Origin: a virus
Taxonomy: Duplodnaviria; Caudoviricetes
IMG/VR virus record: IMGVR_UViG_3300035494_000115
Coordinates: 1-30,042 of that record
Length of the DNA: 30,042 bases
Strand: one strand, 5' to 3'
Shown here piece after piece: positions 1 through 8,918 of this stretch (position 1 is its first letter; each line of letters opens with the position of its first letter). The notes beneath the pieces were generated by a model. That model was not told the origin of the DNA and did not search any database. It was given only the letters and a program-made list of their open reading frames with translations. The translations under genes were made by a program, and so were the position numbers.

Positions 1-112
1 AATTCCTTTTAGCGTCTCAACACAACAGCTTTTGCAGAGAGGGGTAGGTTGGTGGTTCTTGCTACTCCTTCTCTCCTTTTTGCAGAGGCTCAAGAACCAA
101 AAGGAAAAAATT

Positions 113-478
113 ATGAGAGTTTGGACAAAAGCAGAAAGAGAGTCATTCGGCATAGCTTTTGAATACATAGCCCGCGTTGTAACAGTTACGTACACTACCG
201 AAAAAATACACGAGATAAAAGTGCAAGACCGCGCCACAAAAAAAACTTCCCCCATTCCGCAACCTATTCGAGACATGTTTTTAAAAGCAGGTGTGCGAAA
301 GATGCAAGAGATTTTTATGCCGTACAAAAAAGAGCAAGTGATCGACATGCTTGGCAAAAAGTTTCTTAACGACAAAATACAGCCGCAAGAGTATATTTTC
401 GACGGGTTGTTGGTTATAGAGCCTATCAAGGTGGCTATGAGCAGCTATGCGCATTTTAGCGCAGGAGGAAGCGCATGA
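113..478 (+). CDS. hypothetical phage protein
   Basis: ATG at 113 follows an AAGGA RBS and is preferred over the TTG at 32; the stop overlaps the next start (ATGA). Confidence 0.7.
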   Translation: MRVWTKAERESFGIAFEYIARVVTVTYTTEKIHEIKVQDRATKKTSPIPQPIRDMFLKAGVRKMQEIFMPYKKEQVIDMLGKKFLNDKIQPQEYIFDGLLVIEPIKVAMSSYAHFSAGGSA

Positions 479-972
479 GTGCATTAAGAGAACTCAACCA
501 AAGACCCATTGCGTACTACCCTATCTACCGCAAGATTACAGGCTCTACTACTGGCGGGATACTTCTCTCTTTTTTGGCGCAAGACTACGTTATACATAAA
601 CATAGCAGATTCTTTAGCAAGCATGATTTAATGATGCACACACAACTGACTATTTCCGAGCTTGAATCAGCAATGCAGAAAGTGGAAGTGTGCGCGGTAA
701 AGACAAGCATGACCGATGAAAATGTTTTTATTCTTTTAAACAAAAGAAACAGTCAATGCGGATGCTTGTTCTGCGGATATCAAAAAACCTATCTCGATGA
801 GCATCATTATCCTTTGCGAAAAAAAGATGGTGGAGTAAAAACAATACGATTGTGCGCTAATTGCCACAGAGAGTTTCATATGCACGCGGATTATAAGTTT
901 GCATATATTTTGGATAAAAAAATCATTACAAAGCAATTTATTGATTTTGTAGAGGAGCTTGCAAGTGTCTAA
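475..972 (+). CDS. replication-initiator-like winged-helix N-terminus fused to an HNH endonuclease domain
   Basis: N-terminal RPIAYYPIYRKITGSTTGGILLS resembles phage replisome-organizer N-termini. CLFC...DEHHYPLRKKDGG...LCANCHREFH is a Zn-binding HNH motif. GGAGG RBS. Confidence 0.75.
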   Translation: MSALRELNQRPIAYYPIYRKITGSTTGGILLSFLAQDYVIHKHSRFFSKHDLMMHTQLTISELESAMQKVEVCAVKTSMTDENVFILLNKRNSQCGCLFCGYQKTYLDEHHYPLRKKDGGVKTIRLCANCHREFHMHADYKFAYILDKKIITKQFIDFVEELASV

Positions 973-1930
973 GCTACTTCTTGACGAAAGTCCTCTCGTA
1001 ATAATCCCATCTCTTGCTAAGAAGATAGGCTTAAATGAGGCAATAATATTGCAGCAAATACACTATTGGATACAGTCGTCCAAAAAGGTAATAAACGGTA
1101 TAAAATGGACTTACAACACGTTTGAAGAACTTGAAGATCAGTTTCCTTTTTGGTCTCAAAAAACAATTAAAAGAACAATTTACAGTCTTCGAGATATGGG
1201 TTATTTGCTCATAGAAAATCATAGCGCAGACAAGAGAGATAAAACAAATTGGTACTCAATAAATTATGACCTTTTGTCGGATGGAAACAGCGAGAAAGAT
1301 AGTGAAATTTGGTGTCCCGATGCATCGGGACAAAATGACCCGATGGAAGAGGACAAAATGACCCGATCTCATCGGGACAAAATGACCCGATGTAATATAG
1401 TAAAATCTTTGACTGAGAATACTACTGAGAATACTACAGAGAAAAAAAATATAAAAAAAGATTTTTCGTTTTCGCTAAAAAAGCTCACGCAGCTTGAAAA
1501 CACGTCGCAAGAGTATCAAGAGAAGCTTCGGGCTTACGCAGTCGTTAAAGACGGAGGATATAGTTACGAGAGCTTCTTAAATCACCATCTAGCAAAGAAA
1601 TCAGGCTTTGCAGATTGGAGCAGGGCTTATAACACGTGGCTCCAAAACACTCAAAAATTTAACAAAATTGATCCCGCTAAATACGTTCGCAAAATCGAAC
1701 ACCCTACGCTCCCGAACGTGTACGCAGCTTACGATGCAAACGTAGCCTACGATGCCGATACGCTTACGTGCCTCGGAGAGTTTCGTATGATCGAGAGAGA
1801 GCCGACGCAAGAAGAGATCGAGGCGATGTATAGACAAGAGCAAGCTTATAGCACGCAGCAAGAAGCACCCGCGCAGCGAAGAGACGTTAGCGGGCTTCTA
1901 GGCGGTTTGGCGCAAGGGGTGCGAGTATGA
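965..1930 (+). CDS. phage replication initiator (replisome organizer, lambda O-like role)
   Basis: GTG at 965 after GAGGAG. LLLDESPLVIIPSLAKKIGLNEAIILQQIHYW...WTYNTFEEL...FPFWSQKTIKR is a wHTH N-terminus, followed by an iteron-encoded linker and TENTTENTTE. Confidence 0.85.
   Translation: MSKLLLDESPLVIIPSLAKKIGLNEAIILQQIHYWIQSSKKVINGIKWTYNTFEELEDQFPFWSQKTIKRTIYSLRDMGYLLIENHSADKRDKTNWYSINYDLLSDGNSEKDSEIWCPDASGQNDPMEEDKMTRSHRDKMTRCNIVKSLTENTTENTTEKKNIKKDFSFSLKKLTQLENTSQEYQEKLRAYAVVKDGGYSYESFLNHHLAKKSGFADWSRAYNTWLQNTQKFNKIDPAKYVRKIEHPTLPNVYAAYDANVAYDADTLTCLGEFRMIEREPTQEEIEAMYRQEQAYSTQQEAPAQRRDVSGLLGGLAQGVRV
1313..1475. repeat. putative replication origin: palindrome, 3 iterons, 12-bp repeats and AT-rich tract
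   Basis: Perfect palindrome TGTCCCGATGCATCGGGACA at 1313-1332; GGACAAAATGACCCGAT at 1328, 1351 and 1375; tandem ACTGAGAATACT from 1412; A/T runs at 1442-1472. Confidence 0.8.
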
Positions 1931-2142
1931 ATAAAGAGCAGATGAAAGCAAAAATCTATCAAATTCAAAGCATGGGGAAAATTGAGCTTGCAGAGTTCTT
2001 ACGCAAAGTCGAACTTAGCCTACTCAGCCCAAAAGACAAAACATACCTATTGCGCGCCGTTGAGGTGCGCATGGGGGAGCTAGACCCAGCAAGCGCACTC
2101 GTGGAGGGTGGAGAGCTTACGGCGTCGGAGGCGAGAATATGA
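1927..2142 (+). CDS. hypothetical protein
   Basis: ATGA overlaps at both ends, 71 aa. Confidence 0.7.
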   Translation: MNKEQMKAKIYQIQSMGKIELAEFLRKVELSLLSPKDKTYLLRAVEVRMGELDPASALVEGGELTASEARI

Positions 2143-2540
2143 AGAAGATTTTTAGCTTTCAAGTGTATGTTAAGCCCGTACCCGCATCAAGACCGCGTGT
2201 AACGAAATTCGGAACATACAACGCAAAGGCATATTCGGATTACAAAAAGATGCTTACGCAATTTGCGAAGCTTGCAAAGAGCGCACAAAAGAGCGATCAG
2301 CCGCTTGCGATGAAGTGTCGCTTTTGTTTCGAGGTTCCAAAATCATGGAGCAAAGTCAAAAAAGCGAGAGCGTATTATCACACGAGCAAACCCGATTTAG
2401 ACAATCTAACAAAAGCGCTCAAAGATGCGCTTAACGGAGTTATCTATGTGGACGACTCTCAGATATGTTTCTTGGATGCAAAGAAGCACTACGGCGAGCG
2501 TAGCTATGTTAAGTGTGAGGTGTATGAGCTATGCGACTAA
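2139..2540 (+). CDS. rusA: RusA-family Holliday junction resolvase
   Basis: KPVPASRPR and KPDLDNLTKALKDALNGVIYVDDSQI signature with catalytic Asp residues. Confidence 0.92.
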   Translation: MKKIFSFQVYVKPVPASRPRVTKFGTYNAKAYSDYKKMLTQFAKLAKSAQKSDQPLAMKCRFCFEVPKSWSKVKKARAYYHTSKPDLDNLTKALKDALNGVIYVDDSQICFLDAKKHYGERSYVKCEVYELCD

Positions 2541-2722
2541 AACTATTACGATACGCGCATTTAAACGACTTCGTTATCGGCGCAGAGATCAACGAGATGG
2601 ATGAGGTTGTAGGTTATATCGTATGCGATCGAAACATGGAGAGATATTCGCGCGAGTGCTTTGAGTCGCCCGCGCTTGCGATCGCTTGGGCACATGATAA
2701 TTTCAGGGGGGTGGAAGCATGA
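2531..2722 (+). CDS. hypothetical protein
   Basis: GAGG RBS, overlaps neighbouring genes, 63 aa. Confidence 0.65.
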   Translation: MRLKLLRYAHLNDFVIGAEINEMDEVVGYIVCDRNMERYSRECFESPALAIAWAHDNFRGVEA

Positions 2723-2928
2723 AAAAGGTTTTTAACACGGAAGAGATGAACGACTTGATAAAGACGTTTGCGGTCGATACATGGGTGTTTCACGCGCCAA
2801 CGCAAACCGTCTCAAAAGTTTTTATTGGTTGGGAGGGAACGATAGAGCCTTTTGTGCAGATCGGAGACTTTGATAAGGACAACTACAAAATTTTGAGTGA
2901 TGATGAGGTTATGGAGGTTGAGGCATGA
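2719..2928 (+). CDS. hypothetical protein
   Basis: ATGA coupling on both sides, 69 aa. Confidence 0.65.
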   Translation: MKKVFNTEEMNDLIKTFAVDTWVFHAPTQTVSKVFIGWEGTIEPFVQIGDFDKDNYKILSDDEVMEVEA

Positions 2929-3419
2929 AATTACTCACGATAAAGCAAGAAAAATTCGTACTAAAGTATTTTGAGTGCGGGAACGCTTCGGAGGCTTATA
3001 GACACGCGTATGATGCGGCGAAGATGAAAGATGAGACGGTATGGCGAAAGGCACAAGAGCTTCTAAAAAACGGCATGGTTACGGCACGGTTGGGCAAGCT
3101 TCGGGCTAAAGCGGAAGAAGAAGCAGAGTGGAACGTGCAAAAAGTTTTGAAGCACTACACGGAAGTGATCGAGATCGGATTAGGGCGCAAAGCTTCTAAT
3201 CACATAGTTACGGAGCAGGCGGGCGAGGGCATATCAAACACTCTTGAAGTAGAGATGTGCGATACAAACCTGCCCGCGGTTAATGCGGCTTTGACGAGTA
3301 TAGCCAAACACCTTGGCATGTTCACGCAAAAAGTTGAGGTTACGGGCGAAATAAGTCTTAAAGATTTCGTTCGGGAACTACACGAGAACATAAGCAAGCA
3401 AGAGAGCGAACGTGATTGA
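2925..3419 (+). CDS. terS: terminase small subunit
   Basis: LTIKQEKFVLKYFECGNASEAYRHAY HTH and C-terminal ALTSIAKHLGMFTQKVEVTG; directly upstream of TerL. Confidence 0.9.
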   Translation: MKLLTIKQEKFVLKYFECGNASEAYRHAYDAAKMKDETVWRKAQELLKNGMVTARLGKLRAKAEEEAEWNVQKVLKHYTEVIEIGLGRKASNHIVTEQAGEGISNTLEVEMCDTNLPAVNAALTSIAKHLGMFTQKVEVTGEISLKDFVRELHENISKQESERD

Positions 3420-4824
3420 GAAACAGATTTTGACGCGTTGGGCGCTTAGTATCGAGAAATTTGTGGACGAGTGTTTGTTTCGCGGCGAAAAGCGCAAACC
3501 CTCATCGCAGCAGCGACGCGTGCTGCAAGACATTGACGCAGGGAAGAGCGATATTTCGATCAAGTCGGGGCATGGTACGGGTAAAACCTCTCTTTTGTCT
3601 TGGGTTATTTTGTGGGTTGGTTTATTCAAGTACGACGCTAAAATCCCGTGCACAGCACCGACAGCTCCGCAGCTTGTTAGACTACTTCTTCCCGAAGTGC
3701 GGAAGTGGCGTGAAAAGTTACCCAAAGAGCTTAAAGAGGCGGTTATCGTTAAAAACGACAGCGTAGCGTTTAGCACGGGCAACATAGCCGTAGCGCGCAC
3801 GGCACGTAAAGAGGCTCCAGAGGGATTACAAGGGTTTCACGCGACCTATTTGTGTTGGATCATCGACGAAGCGTCGGGGGTGCCAAATACAATTTTCGAG
3901 GTCATAGAGGGATCGCTCACGGGTGAGAAACACTTGCGCCTCTTAACCGCCAACCCTACGCGCACGGACGGCTATTTCTACGACTCACAAAACAAGCACC
4001 GACACCTTTGGAGGTGCCACACATTTAACGCAGAAGAGAGCGAGAACGTATCGAGAGAGAGTATCGAGCGTAAGAAGCTTGAATACGGCGAGGACAGCGA
4101 CGCATACCGTGTTCGTGTGCTTGGGCAGTTCCCGCGTACATCAAGCGACGCGGTGATCCCGATGTGGTTAATCGAGGACGCAATCAACAGAGAACATGGG
4201 GATATTAACACCTACGGGGCGGAGGTATGGGGGCTAGACTACGCAGACGGCGGCGATGATAAAACATATCTTGCAAAGCGCAACGGCAACGAGTTTTACG
4301 CGGTGGAAGAGTGCGATTTGCAGGGGTCGCATAAGCAAAGCGCGACAGCTGCATGGTTGGCGATGCAATACAACACCGCAAAGCGTAAGCCAAAGGCTAT
4401 TTTTGTGGATGCGATAGGCGAGGGGAGCGGGTTGGTATCGAGATGCAGGGAGAGCGACTTATCTCACTTGCCCGTGATCCCCGTAAAAGTATCGGAGCGC
4501 GCCGTGCGTGCGGATATTTACTTCAATAAGCGTGCCGAACTCTACTACAACCTCAAGGCGGTTTTACAAGACGGCGGGAAGATTGTGGATGACGGGATAC
4601 TCATAGGTGACTTGTCGGCGCAGCGTTTTGTGTTGTCGGAGCGCGGCGGACTGTTGCAGCTTGTCGCAAAAGATAAGATCAAAGAGCTTTTAGGGAGGTC
4701 GCCCGACAAAGGGGATGCAGCTGCTTTATGTTGCGCGCAGGTGGTCGTTACACCGCACGAGGTCGAGAGAGAGATGGAAGAGCGAATTTTACACGAGGAG
4801 GTTTCGGAATATGGAAGTTGGTAA
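3412..4824 (+). CDS. terL: terminase large subunit
   Basis: Walker A SGHGTGKT, Walker B WIIDEA, motif III LTANP, RNase H-like GLDYADGGDD, C-terminal GRSPDKGDA. Confidence 0.95.
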   Translation: MIEKQILTRWALSIEKFVDECLFRGEKRKPSSQQRRVLQDIDAGKSDISIKSGHGTGKTSLLSWVILWVGLFKYDAKIPCTAPTAPQLVRLLLPEVRKWREKLPKELKEAVIVKNDSVAFSTGNIAVARTARKEAPEGLQGFHATYLCWIIDEASGVPNTIFEVIEGSLTGEKHLRLLTANPTRTDGYFYDSQNKHRHLWRCHTFNAEESENVSRESIERKKLEYGEDSDAYRVRVLGQFPRTSSDAVIPMWLIEDAINREHGDINTYGAEVWGLDYADGGDDKTYLAKRNGNEFYAVEECDLQGSHKQSATAAWLAMQYNTAKRKPKAIFVDAIGEGSGLVSRCRESDLSHLPVIPVKVSERAVRADIYFNKRAELYYNLKAVLQDGGKIVDDGILIGDLSAQRFVLSERGGLLQLVAKDKIKELLGRSPDKGDAAALCCAQVVVTPHEVEREMEERILHEEVSEYGSW

Positions 4825-5140
4825 CGAGGTGAGAACGAACGAGGTGAGTGCGTGGTTTTTGATAAACATAATTTTTGAGGGTAATGGGCAACGGGCTTTG
4901 GACGTATCGAGGCAATTCGCAAGATCGTCGTACACACTTACGCCGACAACCGTGGAGCGATATTTGATCCGCGAGCAAATCAAAGACGGAGACAGCGATG
5001 AGAAGATAGTGCAAGATTTAAGCAGGGACGGGCACAAGATTAATATCGACAGAGTGAAGCGTATTCGTGATGAGATGCGGCAGGGCAAACACGGCGAAGA
5101 ATACAAAATCAACATGAAAGGAACACGGATAGATGGATAA
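4811..5140 (+). CDS. putative Mor/C-like HTH transcriptional regulator
   Basis: ATG at 4811 after GAGGAG. ALDVSRQFARSSYTLTP...ERYLIREQIKDG..DEKIVQDLSRDGHKINIDRVKRIR follows the Mor/C pattern of helix, beta-linker and C-terminal HTH. Family match is by eye only. Confidence 0.5.
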   Translation: MEVGNEVRTNEVSAWFLINIIFEGNGQRALDVSRQFARSSYTLTPTTVERYLIREQIKDGDSDEKIVQDLSRDGHKINIDRVKRIRDEMRQGKHGEEYKINMKGTRIDG

Positions 5141-6755
5141 AGTAGATATGGCGGTGCGAGCCGAGATTATCGCGTTGCGCGACGATGCAATCGCAGGTTT
5201 TACGAGACACAAGGAGGACTTCATACGCTTAGAGCACGGGTATCTAAACATACTTAGCGAGAAGCAGCGTTTAAGTCTTACACAAAGGAGAAAATCGACA
5301 CTTACGCCGAACCTCATTTTGCCCAAAGTGCAGATGGTCGTGAGAGACGTAATGAAAGCGTTTTTTAGCAACGACGAGCTTGCCGACTTGGCGGTGGAGA
5401 ACGGCGCGGAGGAAGAGGACGAGAGAGTAAACGAGATACTTATCGAGGAGGTTAAGGACTACAGCAGAGAGACAAATTTATATCTCAAAACTAAGCCCAT
5501 TGTGCGCAACATCCTTATCTACGGCACGGGCATCTCTAAAGTGTATTGGAGCAGCGCAGAAAACAGCGTAAAAATCGAAGAGTGCAAGCTTGATACGGTG
5601 TTTGTCGATCCTTACGCACCTAGCGCAAGCGATATTAGGTTTCTCGTGCATCGAGTAGGCTCCATGACTATCGCGGACATGAAGCGCCAATACAAGAAAT
5701 TTGAAGTCGATTGGGCGGCGTACGTTGATGATAGTTTGATCGGAGGCAATCAATCGACAGACACGGAGATCGGGGATTATCAACGCATCGAATTTTTCGA
5801 AGTGTATCGCAAAAAAGCGGGGAAATGGTACGTTACTACAATTTTAAACGACGACACTATTTTGCGTCTTGACGTGCAGCTCAAAGACGGCTTACCGTTT
5901 ATAGTGGGCACTATAGACCCGCAGTTTGTAACGCTCAACGAACCCGTGCCGCCCGTGAGAGCATACGGGTCAAGCTTTATCGCGCCGCTGCTTCCGATAC
6001 AAGTCGAGAACACGATCAAGAGAAATCAACAGATCGACGCTACGGATGTGCAGTTAAATCAAAGATTTATCGTCACAAAGACGAGCGGATTGAGGGAAGA
6101 CGACCTCTTATCAAACCGAAAAAAGATTACGGTGGACGACATTAACGGCATCCGAGAGCTTCCAATCCCGAGACTGAACGACTCTATATTCGACACGCAG
6201 CAACTAGCACACGAAGCCGAAGAGATAAGCGGGGTTACAAAATTCACGCAGGGCTTAGACAGCGGCGGGAAAGAGAAGACAGCGCGTGAAGTCATGGCGC
6301 TTCAATCGCAAGGGTCAAGCGTTACGGACGACATAAACAGGGCGTTTAACGAGGCGTTTTATAGACCGTTGGTTCGTCGTATCGTAACGCTCATATACAA
6401 GTACAAAACAAGCCCGAGATTTGTCGGGATAGATCGAAAGCGACCTCTCAAACAAAAGATTACGATCAATGTAGGCGTAGGCTCAACAAACAAAATTCTT
6501 GCGCTTGAGAACAACGACAGCGCAATCGCTACGACCAACACGGCGATACAGACTTTTATGGGGCTACAGGACATGCAGCGCGTGCAGCGATACGCGATCA
6601 TATTGGACACTCTCATCGAAGAGAAGCTAAAACTTCTAGGTCAAAACAGCGTTCTTGATCGCGTTGAAGCAGAAGAAGAGAAACAGGTGAAAATGCAAGA
6701 AGCGCAGGCGCAAATGCAGGCTATGCAACCCCAAACGCAAGGAGGTATCGCGTGA
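5133..6755 (+). CDS. portal protein (P22/SU10-like podophage type)
   Basis: 540 aa, downstream of TerL. NLILPKV, ILIYGTGISKVYW, VFVDPYA, LLPIQVENT, EEISGVTKFTQG...KTAREV motifs and a Q-rich C-terminus. Confidence 0.88.
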   Translation: MDKVDMAVRAEIIALRDDAIAGFTRHKEDFIRLEHGYLNILSEKQRLSLTQRRKSTLTPNLILPKVQMVVRDVMKAFFSNDELADLAVENGAEEEDERVNEILIEEVKDYSRETNLYLKTKPIVRNILIYGTGISKVYWSSAENSVKIEECKLDTVFVDPYAPSASDIRFLVHRVGSMTIADMKRQYKKFEVDWAAYVDDSLIGGNQSTDTEIGDYQRIEFFEVYRKKAGKWYVTTILNDDTILRLDVQLKDGLPFIVGTIDPQFVTLNEPVPPVRAYGSSFIAPLLPIQVENTIKRNQQIDATDVQLNQRFIVTKTSGLREDDLLSNRKKITVDDINGIRELPIPRLNDSIFDTQQLAHEAEEISGVTKFTQGLDSGGKEKTAREVMALQSQGSSVTDDINRAFNEAFYRPLVRRIVTLIYKYKTSPRFVGIDRKRPLKQKITINVGVGSTNKILALENNDSAIATTNTAIQTFMGLQDMQRVQRYAIILDTLIEEKLKLLGQNSVLDRVEAEEEKQVKMQEAQAQMQAMQPQTQGGIA

Positions 6756-7108
6756 TAAGCGAGACACTTTTAGACGACGATTTTGATACAAGTATCAGAA
6801 AAACAAACGAGGTGAAGCTTTTTGAGCTTCAAAAAAAGTTATCACACTTTAATCAACTTATCGAGGAGGTAGAACGGTTCAAAACAAGCAACGTGTATTC
6901 GCTCTTAAAAAGCGAATTTGAGAAAGAATACCAAAGGTATTTTAGGGAAGCGACAAGCACGGATGAGGCGCACATAGCAAAAGCAAGCCTAGACAAAATG
7001 AAAGGCGTAGGCTTCTCAATGGGTGCCCTTGATCGCATTGGTACGGGCTTGGCGGATGAAGCGGATGCGCTTATGGAAGATATTAAAAGCTTAGAAACGG
7101 AGATTTAA
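6752..7108 (+). CDS. hypothetical helical protein (head module)
   Basis: GTG after GGAGG; lies between portal and scaffold. Confidence 0.75.
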   Translation: MISETLLDDDFDTSIRKTNEVKLFELQKKLSHFNQLIEEVERFKTSNVYSLLKSEFEKEYQRYFREATSTDEAHIAKASLDKMKGVGFSMGALDRIGTGLADEADALMEDIKSLETEI

Positions 7109-7110
7109 AA

Positions 7111-7377
7111 ATGTTTTACAAAAAAAACAACAGCGACGTCGTAGTCGGATTATTGTCGGAAAATAAGAATACGGTGACGATTAAAAACGTCAAAACGGGA
7201 CACAAGGGGATTATGGACAAGGAGGCGTTTGAAGCTTCATATACGAAGTATGATGCAGCGGGGGCGGCTCCAAAGGATGAAACTCCAAAGGATGAAACTC
7301 CAAAGGATGAGGCAGTAGGCAAAGAGGAAGAGCAAAAAGACGCTCAAATTAAACCAAATAACACAAACAAAAAATAA
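7111..7377 (+). CDS. hypothetical protein with PKDE(T) repeats
   Basis: GGAG RBS; low-complexity C-terminus. Confidence 0.7.
   Translation: MFYKKNNSDVVVGLLSENKNTVTIKNVKTGHKGIMDKEAFEASYTKYDAAGAAPKDETPKDETPKDEAVGKEEEQKDAQIKPNNTNKK
7268..7310 (+). repeat. 15-bp in-frame tandem repeat, ~3 copies
   Basis: CTCCAAAGGATGAAA twice plus CTCCAAAGGATGA. Confidence 0.9.
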
Positions 7378-7386
7378 GGGGAAAAC

Positions 7387-7875
7387 ATGCAAGCACCGAT
7401 GATGATGGATGAAACACAAGGGCAACAACCACAAGGGCAGATGATGCAACAACCGCAAGACGAGGTTACTTTAGCTAAACAGGCGTTAGGATTGGATCAG
7501 TATGAGCAACAAATGCAAGCTACACAGGCACAAATGCAAGCGATACAGACACAATTGCAAGAGTCGGCTACAAAAGTTATGTTTAACGAAGTCGGTTCCG
7601 CGAATAAGGATGTCGATCCCTCCTTAGTGCAAGCGGAATTACAGAAGATAGAGCAGTCAAACCCGCAGCTTGCGCAAACGCTTCGCGGAAGTAAAGAGGG
7701 TATCGACATGCTTTTTAAGAAAGTATTGGCGGAAATGAAGCCGAGCGAAGAACCCGACGAGATTACGGACAGCGGCGACGCGGGAAGTAATGCAAACTCA
7801 AGCATAGACAAAAAGATCAACAACGGCACGGCTTCGGAGGTCGATCTTGGCGATTTTATTTTAGCAAACGCATAA
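7387..7875 (+). CDS. putative capsid scaffolding protein
   Basis: Q/E-rich coiled coil with an acidic tail, directly upstream of the major capsid gene. Confidence 0.65.
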   Translation: MQAPMMMDETQGQQPQGQMMQQPQDEVTLAKQALGLDQYEQQMQATQAQMQAIQTQLQESATKVMFNEVGSANKDVDPSLVQAELQKIEQSNPQLAQTLRGSKEGIDMLFKKVLAEMKPSEEPDEITDSGDAGSNANSSIDKKINNGTASEVDLGDFILANA

Positions 7876-7902
7876 AACTCACATAAACCCGCAAATTTCC
7901 TC

Positions 7903-7971
7903 AAAACACTATTAGTTTAGGGGTGCTCTCTTTGTAAGAATTTGGAAATCATAAAAATTCTTACGGGAGAG
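7903..7971 (+). promoter_or_regulatory. late promoter element A with RBS-sequestering hairpin (capsid)
   Basis: AAAACACTATTAGTTTAGGGGTG...TGTAAGAAT at 7903-7941. GTAAGAATTT (7934-7943) pairs with AAATTCTTAC (7955-7964), and the stem extends CTCTC/GAGAG over the RBS. Confidence 0.7.
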
Positions 7972-7981
7972 GACAAGAAAC

Positions 7982-8917
7982 ATGATTACTACATTGAACA
8001 ACACGGTTAGTCAAAAGCCGAGTATAGTCGATGCGATTATCAAGCAGGGTGTCGGTACGGCTCCTATTCTCAAACTTATCAGTTCGGGAAATTTGAGCGC
8101 GCCTAAGCACTCTTGGATCACGGATCGCTATGCGGACGCTAAAGACAATGCGCATCTTGAAATTTCGGATTTGGGAGCAACACCAGCGCCTACAAAACAA
8201 AAGCACGAGAACGTTGCGCAGATCATCAAAAATGAGTTTGGCTTATCATCACGTGAGCTACAAATGAGCCATTACGGCGGGAAAGAGTGGGCATATCGTG
8301 TAGGTAAAAACGGGAAAGAGCACCTCAAAGATATTGAGTACGCAATTCTTGGTTTGGGGCACGCGGGAGGCGTTGAAAGCACGTTTGTTGAAGCTACGGA
8401 CATGGTTGCGCCACGTATGGCGGGACTTTTTCACTATGTACCTACGGAGCAACGCTACACACCAACGGGATACGACCCCGCAGACCCCGCGAGCTTTAAA
8501 GATTTGACTATGGATGAGTTACACTTTTTCCTTGAGCCGCTATGGAAGCGCGGAGCGATGGAAGATGAAACATTCCTTTGTTTGATCGGAAGCAAGCTTA
8601 AAAACAAAGTGAACAACTTTGCAAAAGACTACATCATCAAGCAAAACGGCGACAAGCGTTTTGATCCGACGATTACCGAGATCGTGACGGACTTCGGAAA
8701 CATCAAGTTTCAACTACACCGCCACTTCGCAGGTGCAGAGCTTGGGGATAAACTTCTTGCAGGTAAGTTTAAAGAGGCGCGCGCAATGTACGTTTCTAAA
8801 ACAGACTTTACGGAAGTTCCAACGTCAAAAACGGCTAAATTCGGGCGCTACTACACCGACCTTTCGCTAGAAGTTAAAAACGGCGACAAATTCGCGTCGG
8901 CAAAAGGTTTCAAATAG
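7982..8917 (+). CDS. major capsid protein (SU10/DUF5309-like, HK97 fold)
   Basis: 311 aa; KHSWITD, NVAQIIKNEFGLS, KEHLKDIEYAILG, PRMAGL and IVTDFGNI motifs; follows the scaffold gene. Confidence 0.88.
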   Translation: MITTLNNTVSQKPSIVDAIIKQGVGTAPILKLISSGNLSAPKHSWITDRYADAKDNAHLEISDLGATPAPTKQKHENVAQIIKNEFGLSSRELQMSHYGGKEWAYRVGKNGKEHLKDIEYAILGLGHAGGVESTFVEATDMVAPRMAGLFHYVPTEQRYTPTGYDPADPASFKDLTMDELHFFLEPLWKRGAMEDETFLCLIGSKLKNKVNNFAKDYIIKQNGDKRFDPTITEIVTDFGNIKFQLHRHFAGAELGDKLLAGKFKEARAMYVSKTDFTEVPTSKTAKFGRYYTDLSLEVKNGDKFASAKGFK

Positions 8918-8918
8918 T

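Noticed and set aside
32-112. Hydrophobic N-terminal extension of the first ORF from TTG 32
   Set aside because: No RBS at 32 and a good RBS before ATG 113; the region looks like a structured non-coding leader.
4864-4890. AAACATAATTTTTGAGGGT as a fourth late-promoter copy
   Set aside because: Half-site spacing is 2 bp short, there is no aligned -10, and it lies inside a CDS.
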